Of a stretch of 64,000 nucleotides of DNA, positions 14,901 to 30,970 are shown piece after piece. The translations under genes were made by a program, and so were the position numbers. Within the stretch, counting starts at the first letter, position 1. Every line of letters begins with the position of its first letter. Below the pieces are notes generated by a model. It saw nothing but the letters and a program-made list of their open reading frames with translations. It made no database searches and had not been told where the DNA came from. Source of the stretch: Eledone cirrhosa (taxonomy: Eukaryota); NCBI GenBank assembly GCA_964016885.1, contig OZ024743.1, positions 209,002,001-209,066,000 on the forward strand, written 5' to 3'.

Positions 14901-17140
14901 CTCTTCACTCCATAAGATATACCACAGTTTACCATCCTATAGCCAGATGAAAGTTCTTCACTCCATAAGATATACCACAGTATACCATCCTATAGCCACA
15001 CATGAAAGCTCTTCACTCCATAAGATATACCACAGTTTACCATCCTATAACCACAGATGAAAGCTCTTCACTCCATAAGATATACCACAGTTTACCATCC
15101 TATAGCAACGCATGAAAGCTCTTCACTCCATAACATATACCACAGTTTACCATCCTATTGCCACAGATGAAAGCTCTTCACTCCATAACATATACCACAG
15201 TTGACCATCCTATAGCCACACATGAGAGCCCTTCACTCCATAAGATATACCACAGTTTACCATCCTATAGCCACACGTGAAAGCTCTTCACTACATAAGA
15301 TATACCACAGTTTACCATCCTATAGCCAGATGAAAGCTTTTAACTCCATAAGATATACCACAGTTTACCATCCTATAGCCACACATGAAAGCTCTTCACT
15401 CCATCAGATATACCACAGTTTACCATCTTATAGCCACACATGAAAGCTCTTCACTCCATAAGATATACCACAGTTTACCATCCTATAGCCACACATGAAA
15501 GCTCCTCACTCCATGAGATATACCACAGTTTACCATCCTATAGCCACAGATGAAAACTCTTCACTCCATAAGATATACCACAGTTTACCATCCTATGGCC
15601 AGAGATGAAAGCTCTTCACTCCATAAGATATACCACAGTTTACCATCCTATAGCCACACATGAAAGCTCTTCACTCCATAAGATATACCACAGTTTACCA
15701 TCATATAGCCACAGATGAAATCTCTTCACTCCATAAGATATAACACAGTTTACCATCCTATGGCCAGAGATGAAAGCTCTTCACTCCATAAGATATACCA
15801 CAGTTTACCATCCTATAGCCACACATGAAAGCTGTTCACTCCATAATATATACCACAGTTTACCATCCTATAGCCACACATGAAAGCTCTTCACTCCATA
15901 AGATATACCACAGTTTACCATCCTATAGCCACACATGAAAGCTCTTCACTCCATAAGATATACCACAGTTTACCATCCTATAGCCATAGATGAAAGCTCT
16001 TCACTCCATAAGATATACGACAGTTTACCATCCGATAGCCAGATGAAAGCTCTTAAATCCATAAGATATAGCACAGTTTACCATCCTATAGCCACACATG
16101 AAAGCCCTTCACTCCATAAGATATACCACAGTTTACCATCATATAGCCACACATGAAAGCTCTTCACTCCATAAGATATACCACAGTTTACCATCCTATA
16201 GCCACAGATGAAAGCTCTTCACTCCATAAGATATACCACAGTTTACCATCCTATAGCCAGATGAAAGCTTTTCACTCCATAAGATATACCACAGTTTACC
16301 CTCCGATAGCCACACATGAAAGCTCTTCACTCCATAAGATATACCACAGTTTACCATCCTATGGCCACAGATGAAAGCTCTTCACTCCATAAGATATACC
16401 ACAGTTTACCATCATAGAGCCAGATGAAAGCTCTTCACTACATAAGATATACCACAGTTTACCATCCTATAGCCACAGATGAAAGCTCTTCACTCCATAA
16501 GATATACCACAGTTTACCATCCTATAGCCACAGATGAAAGCTGTTCACTCCATAAGATATACCACAGTTTACCATCCTATAGCCACACATGAGAGCTCTT
16601 CACTCTATAAGATATAGCACAGTTTACCATCCTATAGCCACACATGGAAGCTCTTCACTCCATAAGATATACCACAGTTTACAATCCGATAGCCACACAT
16701 GAAAGCTCTTCACTCCATAAGATATACCACAGTTTACCATCCTATAGCCAGATGAAAGTTCTTCACTCCATAAGATATACCACAGTATACCATCCTATAG
16801 CCACACATGAAAGCTCTTCACTCCATAAGATATACCACAGTTTACCATCTTATAGCCACAGATGAAAGCTCTTCACTCCATAAGATATAACACAGTTTAC
16901 CATCCTATAGCCACGCATGAAAGCTCTTCACTCCATAAGATATACCACAGTTTACCATCCTATTGCCACAGATGAAAGCTCTTCACTCCATAACATATAC
17001 CACAGTTGACCATCCTATAGCCACACATGCGAGCCCTTCACTCCATAAGATATACCACAGTTTACCATCCTATAGCCACACGTGAAAGCTCTTCACTCCA
17101 TAAGATATACCACAGTTTACCATCCTATAGCCAGATGAAA
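12000..17140 (+). repeat. Higher-order repeat domain 2: about three copies of a 1.8-1.9 kb unit (33-35 monomers)
   Basis: ORF offsets: 12158/14075 and 12376/14293 (+1917), 13307/15222 (+1915), 14075/15935 (+1860), 14839/16644 and 15222/17027 (+1805). Shared markers include CCCTCCGATAG, TACAATCCG, GAGCCCTT and CACACGTG. Confidence 0.87.
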
Positions 17141-18899
17141 GCTCTTAAATCCATAAGATATACCACAGTTTACCATCCTATAGCCACACATGAAAGCCCT
17201 TCACTCCATAAGATATACCACAGTTTACCATCATATAGCCACACATGAAAGCTCTTCACTCCATAAGATATACCACAGTTTACCATCCTATAGCCACAGA
17301 TGAAAGCTCTTCACTCCATAAGATATACCACAGTTTACCATCCTATAGCCAGATGAAAGCTTTTCACTCCATAATATATACCACAGCTTACCATCCTATG
17401 CCCACAGATGAAAGCTCTTCACTCCATAAGATATACCACAGTTTACCATCCTATAGCCACACATGAAAGCTCTTCACTCCATAAGATATACCACAGTTTA
17501 CCATCCTATGGCCACAGATGAAAGCTCTTCACTCCATAAGATATACCACAGTTTACCACCCTATGGCCACAGATGAAAGCTCTTCACTCCATAAGATATA
17601 CCACAGTTTACCATCCTATAGTCACATATGAAAGCTCTTCACTCCATAAGATATACCACAGTTTACCATCATAGAGCCAGATGAAAGCTCTTCACTACAT
17701 AAGATATACCACAGTTTACCATCCTATAGCCACAGATGAAAGCTCTTCACTCCATCAGATATACCACAATTTACCATCGTATAGCCACACATGAGAGCTC
17801 TTCACTCTATAAGATATACCACACTTTACCATCCTATAGCCAGATGAAAGTTCTTCACTCCATAAGATATACCACAGTATACCATCCTAAAGCCACACAT
17901 GAAAGCTTTTCACTCCATAAGATATACCACAGTTTACCCTCTTATAGCCACACATGAAAGCTCTTCACTCCATAAGATATACCACAGTTTACCATCCTAT
18001 AGCCACAGATGAAAGCTCTTCACTCCATAAGATATACCACAGTTTACCATCCGATAGCCACACATGAAAGCTCTTCACTCCATAAGATATACCACAGTTT
18101 ACCATCCTATAGCCAGATGAAAGTTCTTCACTGCATAAGATATACCACAGTTTACCATCCTATAGCCACACATGAAAGCTCTTCACTCCATAAGATATAT
18201 CACAGTTTACCATCCTATAGCCACAGATGAAATCTCTTCACTCCATAAGATATACCACAGTTTACCATCCTATAGCCACACATGAGAGCTCTTCACTCCA
18301 TAAGATATACCACAGTTTACCATCCTATAGCCACACATGAAAGCTCTTCACTCCATAAGATATACCACAGTTTACCATCCTATAGCTAGATGAAAGCTTT
18401 TCACTCCATAAGATATACCACAGTTTACCATCCTATAGCCACACATGAAAGCTCTTCACTCCATAAGATATATCACAGTTTACCATCCTATAGCCACAGA
18501 TGAAAGCTCTTCACTCTATAAGATATACCACAGTTTACCATCCTATAGCCAGATGAAAGCTCTTCTCTCCATAAGATATACCACAGTTTACCATCCTATA
18601 GCCACAGATGAAAGCTCTTCACTCCATAAGATATACCACAGTTTACCATCCTATAGCCAGATGAAAGCTTTTCACTCCATAAGATATACCACAGTTTACC
18701 ATCCTATAGCCACAGATGAACGCTCTTCACTCCATAAGATATACCACAGTTTACCATCCTATAGCCACAGATGAAAGCTCTTCACTCCATAAGATATACC
18801 ACAGTTTACCATCCTATAGCCACAGATGAAAGCTGTTAACTCCATAAGATATACCACAGTTTACCATCCTATAGCCACACATGAGAGCTTTTCACTCTA

Positions 18900-21800
18900 T
18901 AAGATATACCACAGTTTACCATCCTATAGCCACACATGGAAGCTCTTCACTCCATAAGATATACCACAGTTTACCATCCGATAGCCACACATGAAAGCTC
19001 TTCACTCCATAAGATATACCACAGTTTACCATCCTATAGCCAGATGAAAGTTCTTCACTCCATAAGATATACCACAGTATACCATCCTATAGCCACACAT
19101 GAAAGCTCTTCACTCCATAAGATATACCACAGTTTACCATCCTATAGCCACACATGAGAGCACTTCACACCATAAGATATACCACAGTTTACCATCCTAT
19201 AGCCACACATGAGAGCACTTCACACCATAAGATATACCACAGTTTACCATCCTATATACTCCATAAGATATATCACAGTTTTCCATCCTATAGCCACAGA
19301 TGAAATCTCTTCACTCCATAAGATATACCACAGTTTAACATCCTATAGCCACACATGAAAGCTCTTCACTCCATAAGATATACCACAGTTTATCATCCGA
19401 TAGCCACACATGAAAGCTCTTCACTCCATAAGATATACCACAGTTTACCATCCTATAGCCAGATGAAAGTTCTTCACTCCATAAGATATACCACAGTTTA
19501 CCTTCCTAAAGCCACACATGAAAGCTCTTCACTCCATAAGATATATCACAGTTTACCATCCTATAGCCACAGATGAAAGCTCTTCACTCCATAAGATATA
19601 CCACAGTTTACCATCCTATAGCCACACATGAAAGCTCTTCACTCCATAAGATATACCACAGTTTACCATCCTATAGCCACACATGAGAGCTCTTCACACC
19701 ATAAGATATACCACAGTTTACCATCCTATAGCCACACATGAAAGCTCTTCACTCCATAAGATATACCACAGTTTACCATCCTATAGCCAGATGAAAGCTT
19801 TTCACTCCATAAGATATACCACAGTTTACCATCCTATAGCCACACATGAAAGCTCTTCACTCCATAAGATATACCACAGTTTACCATCGTATAGTCACAC
19901 ATGAAAGCTCTTCACTCCATAAGATATACCACAGTTTACCATCATATAGCCAGATGAAAGCTCTTCACTACATAAGATATACCACAGTTTACCATCCTAT
20001 AGCCACAGATGAAAGCTGTTCACTCCATAAGATATACCACAGTTTACCATCCTATAGCCACACATGAGAGCTCTTCACTCTATAAGATATACCACAGTTT
20101 ACCATCCTATAGCCACACATGGATGCTCTTCACTCCATAAGATATACCACAGTTTACCATCCGATAGCCACACATGAAAGCTCTTCACTCCATAAGATAT
20201 ACCACAGTTTACCATCCTATAGCCAGATGAAAGTTCTTCACTCCATAAGATATACCACAGTATAACATCCTATAGTCACACATGAAAGCTCTTCACTCCA
20301 TAAGATATACCACAGTTTACCATCCTATAGCCACAGATGAAAGCTCTTCACACCATAAGATATACCACAGTTTACCATCCTATAGCCACAGATGAAAGCT
20401 CTTCACTCCATAACATATACCACAGTTTACCATCCTATAGCCACACATGAGAGCTTTTCACTCCATAAGATATGCCACAGTTTACCATCCTATAGCCACA
20501 CATGAAAGCTCTTCACTCCATAAGATATACCACAGTTTACCATCCTATAGCCAGATGAAAGCTTTTCACTCCATAAGATATACCACAGTTTACCATCCTA
20601 TAGCCACACATGAAAGCTCTTCACTCCATAAGATATACCACAGTTTACCATCCTATAGCCACACATGAAAGCTCTTCACTCCATAAGATATACCACAGTT
20701 TACCATCCTATAGCCACACATGAAAGCTCTTCACTCCATAAGATATACCACAGTTTACCATCCTATAGCCACGCATGAAAGCTCTTCACTCCATAAGATA
20801 TACCACAGTTTACCATCATATAGCCACACATGAAAGCTGTTCACTCCATAAGATATACCACAGTTTACCATCCTATAGCCACACATGAAAGCTCTTCACT
20901 CCATAAGATATACCACAGTTTACCATCCTATAGCCACAGATGAAAGCTCTTCACTCCATAAGATATACCACAGTTTAGCATCGTATGGCCAGAGATGAAA
21001 GCTCTTCACTCCATAAGATATACCACAGTTTACCATCCTATAGCCAGATGAAAGTTCTTCACTCCATAAGATATACCACAGTATACCATCCTATAGCCAG
21101 ATGAAAGCTCTTCAATCCATAAGATATACCACAGTTTACCATCCGATAGCCACAGATGAATGCTGTTCACTCCATAAGATATACCACAGTTTACCATCCT
21201 ATAGCCACACATGAAAGCTCTTCACTCCATAAGATATACCACAGTTGACCATCATATAGCCATAGATGAAAGCTCTTCACTCCATAAGATATACGACAGT
21301 TTACCATCCTATAGCCAGATGAAAGCTCTTAAATCCGTAAGATATACCACAGTTTACCATACTATAGCCACACATGAAAGCTCTTCACTCCATAAGATAT
21401 ACCACAGTTTACCATCCTATAGCCACAGATGAAAGCTCTTCACTCCATAAGATATACCACAGTTTACCATCCTATAGCCAGATGAAAGATATTCACTCCA
21501 TAAAATATACCACAGTTTACCATCCTATGCCCACAGATGAAAGTTCTTCACTCCATAAGATATACCACAGTTTACCATCCTATAGTCACATATGAAAGCT
21601 CTTCACTCCATAAGATATACCACAGTTTACCATCCTATAGCCACACATGAGAGCTCTTCACTCTATAAGATATACCACAGTTTACCATCTTATAGCCACA
21701 CATGGAAGCTCTTCACTCCATAAGATATACCACAGTTTACCATCCGATAGCCACACATGAAAGCTCTTCACTCCATAAGATATACCACAGTTTACCATCC

Positions 21801-24800
21801 TATAGCCAGATGAAAGTTCTTCACTCCATAAGATATACCACAGTATACCATCCTATAGCCAGATGAAAGCTCTTCACTCCACAAGATATACCACAGTTTA
21901 CCATCCTATAGCCACACATGAAAGCTCTTCACTCCATAAGATATACCACAGTTTACCATCCTATAGCCACGCATGAAAGCTCTTCACTCCATAAGATATA
22001 CCACAGTTTACCATCCTATAGCCACACATGAAATCTCTTCACTCCATAAGATATACCACAGTTTACCATCCTATAGCTACAGATGAAAGCTCTTCACTCC
22101 ATAACATATACCACAGTTTACCATCCTATAGCCACACATGAGAGCTCTTCACTCCATAAGATATACCACAGTTTACCATCCTACAGCCACAGATGAAAGC
22201 TCTTCACTCCATAAGATATACCACAGTTTACCATCCTATAGCCAGATGAAAGCTTTTCACTCCATAAGATATACCACAGTTTACCATCCTATGCCCACAG
22301 ATGAAAGCTCTTCACTCCATAAGATATACCACAGTTTACCATCCTATAGCCACACATGAAAGCTCTTCACTCCATAAGATATACCACAGTTTACCATCCT
22401 ATGGCCACAGATGAAAGCTCTTCACTCCATAAGATATACCACAGTTTACCACCCTATGGCCACAGATGAAAGCTCTTCACTCCATAAGATATACCACAGT
22501 TTACCATCCTATAGTCACATATGAAAGCTCTTCACTCCATAAGATATACCACAGTTTACCATCATAGAGCCAGATGAAAGCTCTTCACTACATAAGATAT
22601 ACCACAGTTTACCATCCTATAGCCACAGATGAAAGCTCTTCACACCATAAGATATACCACAGTTTACCATCCGATAGCCACACATGAAAGCTCTTCACTC
22701 CATAAGATATACCACAGTTTACCATCCGATAGCCACACATGAAAGCTCTTCACTCCATAAGATATACCACAGTTTACCATCCTATAGCCAGATGAAAGTT
22801 CTTCACTCCATAAGATATACCACAGTATACCATCCTATAGCCACACATGAAAGCTCTTCACTCCATAAGATATACCACAGTTTACCATCCTATAGCCACA
22901 CATGAGAGCACTTCACACCATAAGATATACCACAGTTTACCATCCTATAGCCACACATGAGAGCTCTTCACTCTATAAGATATACCACAGTTTACCATCC
23001 TATAGCCAGATGAAAGTACTTCACTCCATAAGATATACCACAGTATACCATCCTAAAGCCACACATGAAAGCTTTTCACTCCATAAGATATACCACAGTT
23101 TACCATCTTATAGCCACACATGAAAGCTCTTCACTCCATAAGATATACCACAGTTTACCATCCTATAGCCACAGATGAAAGCTCTTCACTCCATAAGATA
23201 TACCACAGTTTACCATCCTATAGCCAGATGAAAGTTCTTCACTGCATAAGATATACCACAGTTTACCATCCTATAGCCACACATGAAAGCTCTTCACTCC
23301 ATAAGATATATCACAGTTTTCCATCCTATAGTCACAGATGAAATCTCTTCACTCCATAAGATATACCACAGTTTACCATCCTATAGCCACACATGAAAGC
23401 TCTTCACTCCATAAGATATACCACAGTTTACCATCCTATAGCCAGATGAAAGCTTTTCACTCCATAAGATATACCACAGTTTACCATCCTATAGCCACAC
23501 ATGAAAGCTCTTCACTCCATGAGATATACCACAGTTTACCATCCGATAGCCACACATGAAAGCTCTTCACTCCATAAGATATACCACAGTTTACCATCCT
23601 ATAGCCAGATGAATGTTCTTCACTCCATAAGATATACCACAGTTTACCATCCTAAAGCCACACATGAAAGCTCTTCACTCCATAAGATATATCACAGTTT
23701 ACCATCCTATAGCCACAGATGAACGCTCTTCACTCCATAAGATATACCACAGTTTACCATCCTATAGCCAGATGAAAGCTCTTCACTCCATAAGATATAC
23801 CACAGTTTACCATCCTATAGCCACACATGAAAGCTCTTCACTCCATAAGATATACCACAGTTTACCATCCTATAGCCACACATGAGAGCTCTTCACACCA
23901 TAAGATATACCACAGTTTACCATCCTATAGCCACACATGAAAGCTCTTCACTCCATAAGATATACCACAGTTTACCATCCTATAGCCAGATGAAAGCTTT
24001 TCACTCCATAAGATATACCACAGTTTACCATCCTATAGCCACACATGAAAGCTCTTCACTCCATAAGATATACCACAGTTTACCATCGTATAGTCACACA
24101 TGAAAGCTCTTCACTCCATAAGATATACCACAGTTTACCATCATATAGCCAGATGAAAGCTCTTCACTCCATAAGATATACCACAGTTTACCATCCTATA
24201 GCCACAGATGAAAGCTGTTCACTCCATAAGATATACCACAGTTTACCATCCTATAGCCACACATGAGAGCTCTTCACTCTATAAGATATACCACAATTTA
24301 CCATCCTATAGCCACACATGGATGCTCTTCACTCCATAAGATATACCACAGTTTACCATCCTATAGCCACACATGAAAGCTCTTCACTCCATAAGATATA
24401 CCACAGTTTACCATCCTATAGCCACACATGAAAGCTCTTCACTCCATAAGATATACCACAGTTTACCATCCTATAGCCACGCATGAAAGCTCTTCACTCC
24501 ATAAGATATACCACAGTTTACCATCATATAGCCACACATGAAAGCTGTTCACTCCATAAGATATACCACAGTTTACCATCCTATAGCCACACATGAAAGC
24601 TCTTCACTCCATAAGATATACCACAGTTTAGCATCCTATGGCCAGAGATGAAAGCTCTTCACTCCATAAGATATACCACAGTTTACCATCCTATAGCCAG
24701 ATGAAAGTTCTTCACTCCATAAGATATACCACAGTATACCATCCTATAGCCAGATGAAAGCTCTTCACTCCATAAGATATACCACAGTTTACCATCCTAT

Positions 24801-27800
24801 AGCCACACATGAAAGCTCTTCACTCCATAAGATATACCACAGTTGACCATCATATAGCCATAGATGAAAGCTCTTCACTCCATAAGATATACGACAGTTT
24901 ACCATCCTATAGCCAGATGAAAGCTCTTAAATCCGTAAGATATACCACAGTTTACCATACTATAGCCACACATGAAAGCTCTTCACTCCATAAGATATAC
25001 CACAGTTTACCATCCTATGCCCACAGATGAGAGTTCTTCACTCCATAAAATATACCACAGTTTACCATCCTATAGTCACATATGAAAGCTCTTCACTCCA
25101 TAAGATATACCACAGTTTACCATCATAGAGCCAGATGAAAGCTCTTCACTACATAAGATATACCACAGTTTACCATCCTATAGCCACAGATGAAAGCTCT
25201 TCACTCCATAAGATATACCACAGTTTACCATCCTATAGCCACACATGAGAGCTCTTCACTCTATAAGATATACCACAGTTTACCATCTTATAGCCACACA
25301 TGGAAGCTCTTCACTCCATAAGATATACCACAGTTTACCATCCGATAGCCACACATGAAAGCTCTTCACTCCATAAGATATACCAGAGTTTACCATCCTA
25401 TAGCCAGATGAAAGTTCTTCACTCCATAAGATATACCACAGTATACCATCCTATAGCCAGATGAAAGCTCTTCACTCCATAAGATATACCACAGTTTACC
25501 ATCCTATAGCCACACATGAAAGCTCTTCACTCCATAAGTTATACCACAGTTTACCATCCTATAGCCACGCATGAAAGCTCTTCACTCCATAAGATATACC
25601 ACAGTTTACCATCCTATAGCCACACATGAAATCTCTTCACACCATAAGATATACCACAGTTTACCATCCTATAGCCACAGATGAAAGCTCTTCACTCCAT
25701 AACATATACCACAGTTTACCATCCTATAGCCACACATGAGAGCTCTTCACTCCATAAGATATACCACAGTTTACCATCCTACAGCCACAGATGAAAGCTC
25801 TTCACTCCATAAGATATACCACAGTTTACCATCCTATAGCCAGATGAAAGCTTTTCACTCCATAAGATATACCACAGTTTACCATCCTATGCCCACAGAT
25901 GAAAGCTCTTCACTCCATAAGATATACCACAGTTTACCATCCTATAGCCACACATGAAAGCTCTTCACTCCATAAGATATACCACAGTTTACCATCCTAT
26001 GGCCACAGATGAAAGCTCTTCACTCCATAAGATATACCACAGTTTACCACCCTATGGCCACAGATGAAAGCTCTTCACTCCATAAGATATACCACAGTTT
26101 ACCATCCTATAGTCACATATGAAAGCTCTTCACTCCATAAGATATACCACAGTTTACCATCATAGAGCCAGATGAAAGCTCTTCACTACATAATATATAC
26201 CACAGTTTACCATCCTATAGCCACAGATGAAAGCTCTTCACACCATAAGATATACCACGGTTTACCATCCGATAGCCACACATGAAAGCTCTTCACTCCA
26301 TAAGATATACCACAGTTTACCATCCTATAGCCACAGATGAAAGCTCTTCACTCCATAAGATATACCACAGTTTACCATCCTATAGTCACACATGACAGCT
26401 CTTCACTCCATAAGATATACCACAGTTTAGCATCATATAGCCAGATGAAAGCTCTTCACTACATAAGATATACCACAGTTTACCATCCTATAGCCACAGA
26501 TGAAAGCTGTTCACTCCATAAGATATACCACAGTTTACCATCCTATAGCCACACATGAGAGCTCTTCACTCTATAAGATATACCACAGTTTACCATCCTA
26601 TAGCCACAGATGAAAGCTCTTCACACCATAAGATATACCACAGTTTACCATCCTATAGCCACACATGAAATCTCTTCACTCCATAAGATATACCACAGTT
26701 TACCATCCTATAGCCACACATGAAAGCTCTTCACTCCATAAGATATACCACAGTTTACCATCCTATAGCCACACATGAAAGCTCTTCACTCCATAAGATA
26801 TACCACAGTTTACCATCCTATAGCCACAGATGAAAGCTCTTCTCTCCATAAGATATACCACAGTTTACCATCCTATAGCCACACATGAAAGCTCTTCACT
26901 CCATAAGATATACCACAGTTTACCATCATATAGCCACAGATGAAATCTCTTCACTCCATAAGATATAACACAGTTTACCATCCTATGGCCAGAGATGAAA
27001 GCTCTTCACACCATAAGATATACCATAGTTTACCATCCTATAGCCACACATGAAATCTCTTCACTCCATAAGATATACCACAGTTTACCATCCTATAGCC
27101 ACACATGAAAGCTCTTCACTCCATAAGATATACCACAGTTTACCATCCTATAGCCACGCATGAAAGCTCTTCACTCCATAAGATATACCACAGTTTACCA
27201 TCATATAGCCACACATGAAAGCTGTTCACTCCATAAGATATACCACAGTTTACCATCCTATAGCCACACATGAAAGCTCTTCACTCCATAAGATATACCA
27301 CAGTTTAGCATCCTATGGCCAGAGATGAAAGCTCTTCACTCCATAAGATATACCACAGTTTACCATCCTATAGCCAGATGAAAGTTCTTCACTCCATAAG
27401 ATATACCACAGTATACCATCCTATAGCCAGATGAAAGCTCTTCACTCCATAAGATATACCACAGTTTACCATCCTATAGCCACACATGAAAGCTCTTCAC
27501 TCCATAAGATATACCACAGTTGACCATCATATAGCCATAGATGAAAGCTCTTCACTCCATAAGATATACGACAGTTTACCATCCTATAGCCAGATGAAAG
27601 CTCTTAAATCCGTAAGATATACCACAGTTTACCATACTATAGCCACACATGAAAGCTCTTCACTCCATAAGATATACCACAGTTTACCATCCTATGCCCA
27701 CAGATGAGAGTTCTTCACTCCATAAGATATACCACAGTTTACCATCCTATAGTCACATATGAAAGCTCTTCACTCCATAAGATATACCACAGTTTACCAT

Positions 27801-30800
27801 CATAGAGCCAGATGAAAGCTCTTCACTACATAAGATATACCACAGTTTACCATCCTATAGCCACAGATGAAAGCTCTTCACTCCATAAGATATACCACAG
27901 TTTACCATCCTATAGCCACACATGAGAGCTCTTCACTCTATAAGATATACCACAGTTTACCATCTTATAGCCACACATGGAAGCTCTTCACTCCATAAGA
28001 TATACCACAGTTTACCATCCGATAGCCACACATGAAAGCTCTTCACTCCATAAGATATACCAGAGTTTACCATCCTATAGCCAGATGAAAGTTCTTCACT
28101 CCATAAGATATACCACAGTATACCATCCTATAGCCAGATGAAAGCTCTTCACTCCATAAGATATACCACAGTTTACCATCCTATAACCACACATGAAAGC
28201 TCTTCACTCCATAAGATATACCACAGTTTACCATCCTATAGCCACACATGAAATCTCTTCACTCCATAAGATATACCACAGTTTACCATCCTATAGCCAC
28301 AGATGAAAGCTCTTCACTCCATAACATATACCACAGTTTACCATCCTATAGCCACACATGAGAGCTCTTCACTCCATAAGATATACCACAGTTTACCATC
28401 CTACAGCCACAGATGAAAGCTCTTCACTCCATAAGATATACCACAGTTTACCATCCTATAGCCAGATGAAAGCTTTTCACTCCATAAGATATACCACAGT
28501 TTACCATCCTATGCCCACAGATGAAAGCTCTTCACTCCATAAGATATACCACAGTTTACCATCCTATAGCCACACATGAAAGCTCTTCACTCCATAAGAT
28601 ATACCACAGTTTACCATCCTATGGCCACAGATGAAAGCTCTTCACTCCATAAGATATACCACAGTTTACCACCCTATGGCCACAGATGAAAGCTCTTCAC
28701 TCCATAAGATATACCACAGTTTACCATCCTATAGTCACATATGAAAGCTCTTCACTCCATAAGATATACCACAGTTTACCATCATAGAGCCAGATGAAAG
28801 CTCTTCACTACATAAGATATACCACAGTTTACCATCCTATAGCCACAGATGAAAGCTCTTCACACCATAAGATATACCACGGTTTACCATCCGATAGCCA
28901 CACATGAAAGCTCTTCACTCCATAAGATATACCACAGTTTACCATCCTATAGCCACAGATGAAAGCTCTTCACTCCATAAGATATACCACAGTTTACCAT
29001 CCTATAGTCACACATGACAGCTCTTCACTCCATAAGATATACCACAGTTTAGCATCATATAGCCAGATGAAAGCTCTTCACTACATAAGATATACCACAG
29101 TTTACCATCCTATAGCCACAGATGAAAGCTGTTCACTCCATAAGATATACCACAGTTTACCATCCTATAGCCACACATGAGAGCTCTTCACTCTATAAGA
29201 TATACCACAGTTTACCATCCTATAGCCACAGATGAAAGCTCTTCACACCATAAGATATACCACAGTTTACCATCCTATAGCCACACATGAAATCTCTTCA
29301 CTCCATAAGATATACCACAGTTTACCATCCTATAGCCACACATGAAAGCTCTTCACTCCATAAGATATACCACAGTTTACCATCCTATAGCCACACATGA
29401 AAGCTCTTCACTCCATAAGATATACCACAGTTTACTATCCTATAGCCACAGATGAAAGCTCTTCTCTCCATAAGATATACCACAGTTTACCATCCTATAG
29501 CCACACATGAAAGCTCTTCACTCCATAAGATATACCACAGTTTACCATCATATAGCCACAGATGAAATCTCTTCACTCCATAAGATATAACACAGTTTAC
29601 CATCCTATGGCCAGAGACGAAAGCTCTTCACTCCATAATATATACCACAGTTTACCATCCTATAGCCACACATGAAAGCTGTTCACTCCATAAGATATAC
29701 CACAGTTTACCATCCTATAGCCACAGATGAAAGCTCATCACTCCATAACATATACCACAGTTTACCATCCTATAGCCACACATGAGAGCTTTTCACTCCA
29801 TAAGATATGCCACAGTTTACCATCCTATAGCCACACGTGAAAGCTCTTCACTCCATAAGATATACCACAGTTTACCATCCTATAGCCAGATGAAAGCTTT
29901 TCACTCCATAAGATATACCACAGTTTACCATCCGATAGCCACACATGAAAGCTCTTCACTCCATAAGATATACCACAGTTTACCATCCTATAGCCACAGA
30001 TGAAAGCTCTTCACTCCATAAGATATACCACAGTTTACCATCCTATAGTCACACATGACAGCTCTTCACTCCATAAGATATACCACAGTTTAGCATCATA
30101 TAGCCAGATGAAAGCTCTTCACTACATAAGATATACCACAGTTTACCATCCTATAGCCACAGATGAAAGCTGTTCACTCCATAAGATATACCACAGTTTA
30201 CCATCCTATAGCCACACATGAGAGCTCTTCACTCTATAAGATATACCACAGTTTACCATCCTATAGCCACAGATGAAAGCTCTTCACACCATAAGATATA
30301 CCACAGTTTACCATCCTATAGCCACACATGAAATCTCTTCACTCCATAAGATATACCACAGTTTACCATCCTATAGCCACACATGAAAGCTCTTCATTCC
30401 ATAAGATATACCACAGTTTACCATCCTATAGCCACACATGAAAGCTCTTCACTCCATAAGATATACCACAGTTTACCATCCTATAGCCACAGATGAAAGC
30501 TCTTCTCTCCATAAGATATACCACAGTTTACCATCCTATAGCCACACATGAAAGCTCTTCACTCCATAAGATATACCACAGTTTACCATCATATAGCCAC
30601 AGATGAAATCTCTTCACTCCATAAGATATAACACAGTTTACCATCCTATGGCCAGAGACGAAAGCTCTTCACTCCATAATATATACCACAGTTTACCATC
30701 CTATAGCCACACATGAAAGCTGTTCACTCCATAAGATATACCACAGTTTACCATCCTATAGCCACAGATGAAAGCTCATCACTCCATAACATATACCACA

Positions 30801-30970
30801 GTTTACCATCCTATAGCCACACATGAGAGCTTTTCACTCCATAAGATATGCCACAGTTTACCATCCTATAGCCACACGTGAAAGCTCTTCACTCCATAAG
30901 ATATACCACAGTTTACCATCCTATAGCCAGATGAAAGCTTTTCACTCCATAAGATATACCACAGTTTACC
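18900..30970 (+). repeat. Higher-order repeat domain 3: overlapping duplications with offsets 4,199, 3,598, 2,677/2,622 and 1,041 bp
   Basis: ORF pairs 19683/23882 and 19846/24045 (+4199); 21211/24809 and 22138/25736 (+3598); 24809/27486 (+2677); 25736/28358 and 26337/28959 (+2622); 28959/30000 and 29782/30823 (+1041). Markers seen only in this domain: AATCCGTAAG, CCTACAGCC, TTTAGCATC. Confidence 0.85.
28885..30970 (+). repeat. Near-identical tandem duplication of 1,041 bp (19 monomers, two of them 53-mers)
   Basis: CCGATAG 28891/29932, ATGACAG, GAGACGAAAG and GCTCATCAC all recur at +1041; 19x55-4=1041. Confidence 0.9.
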
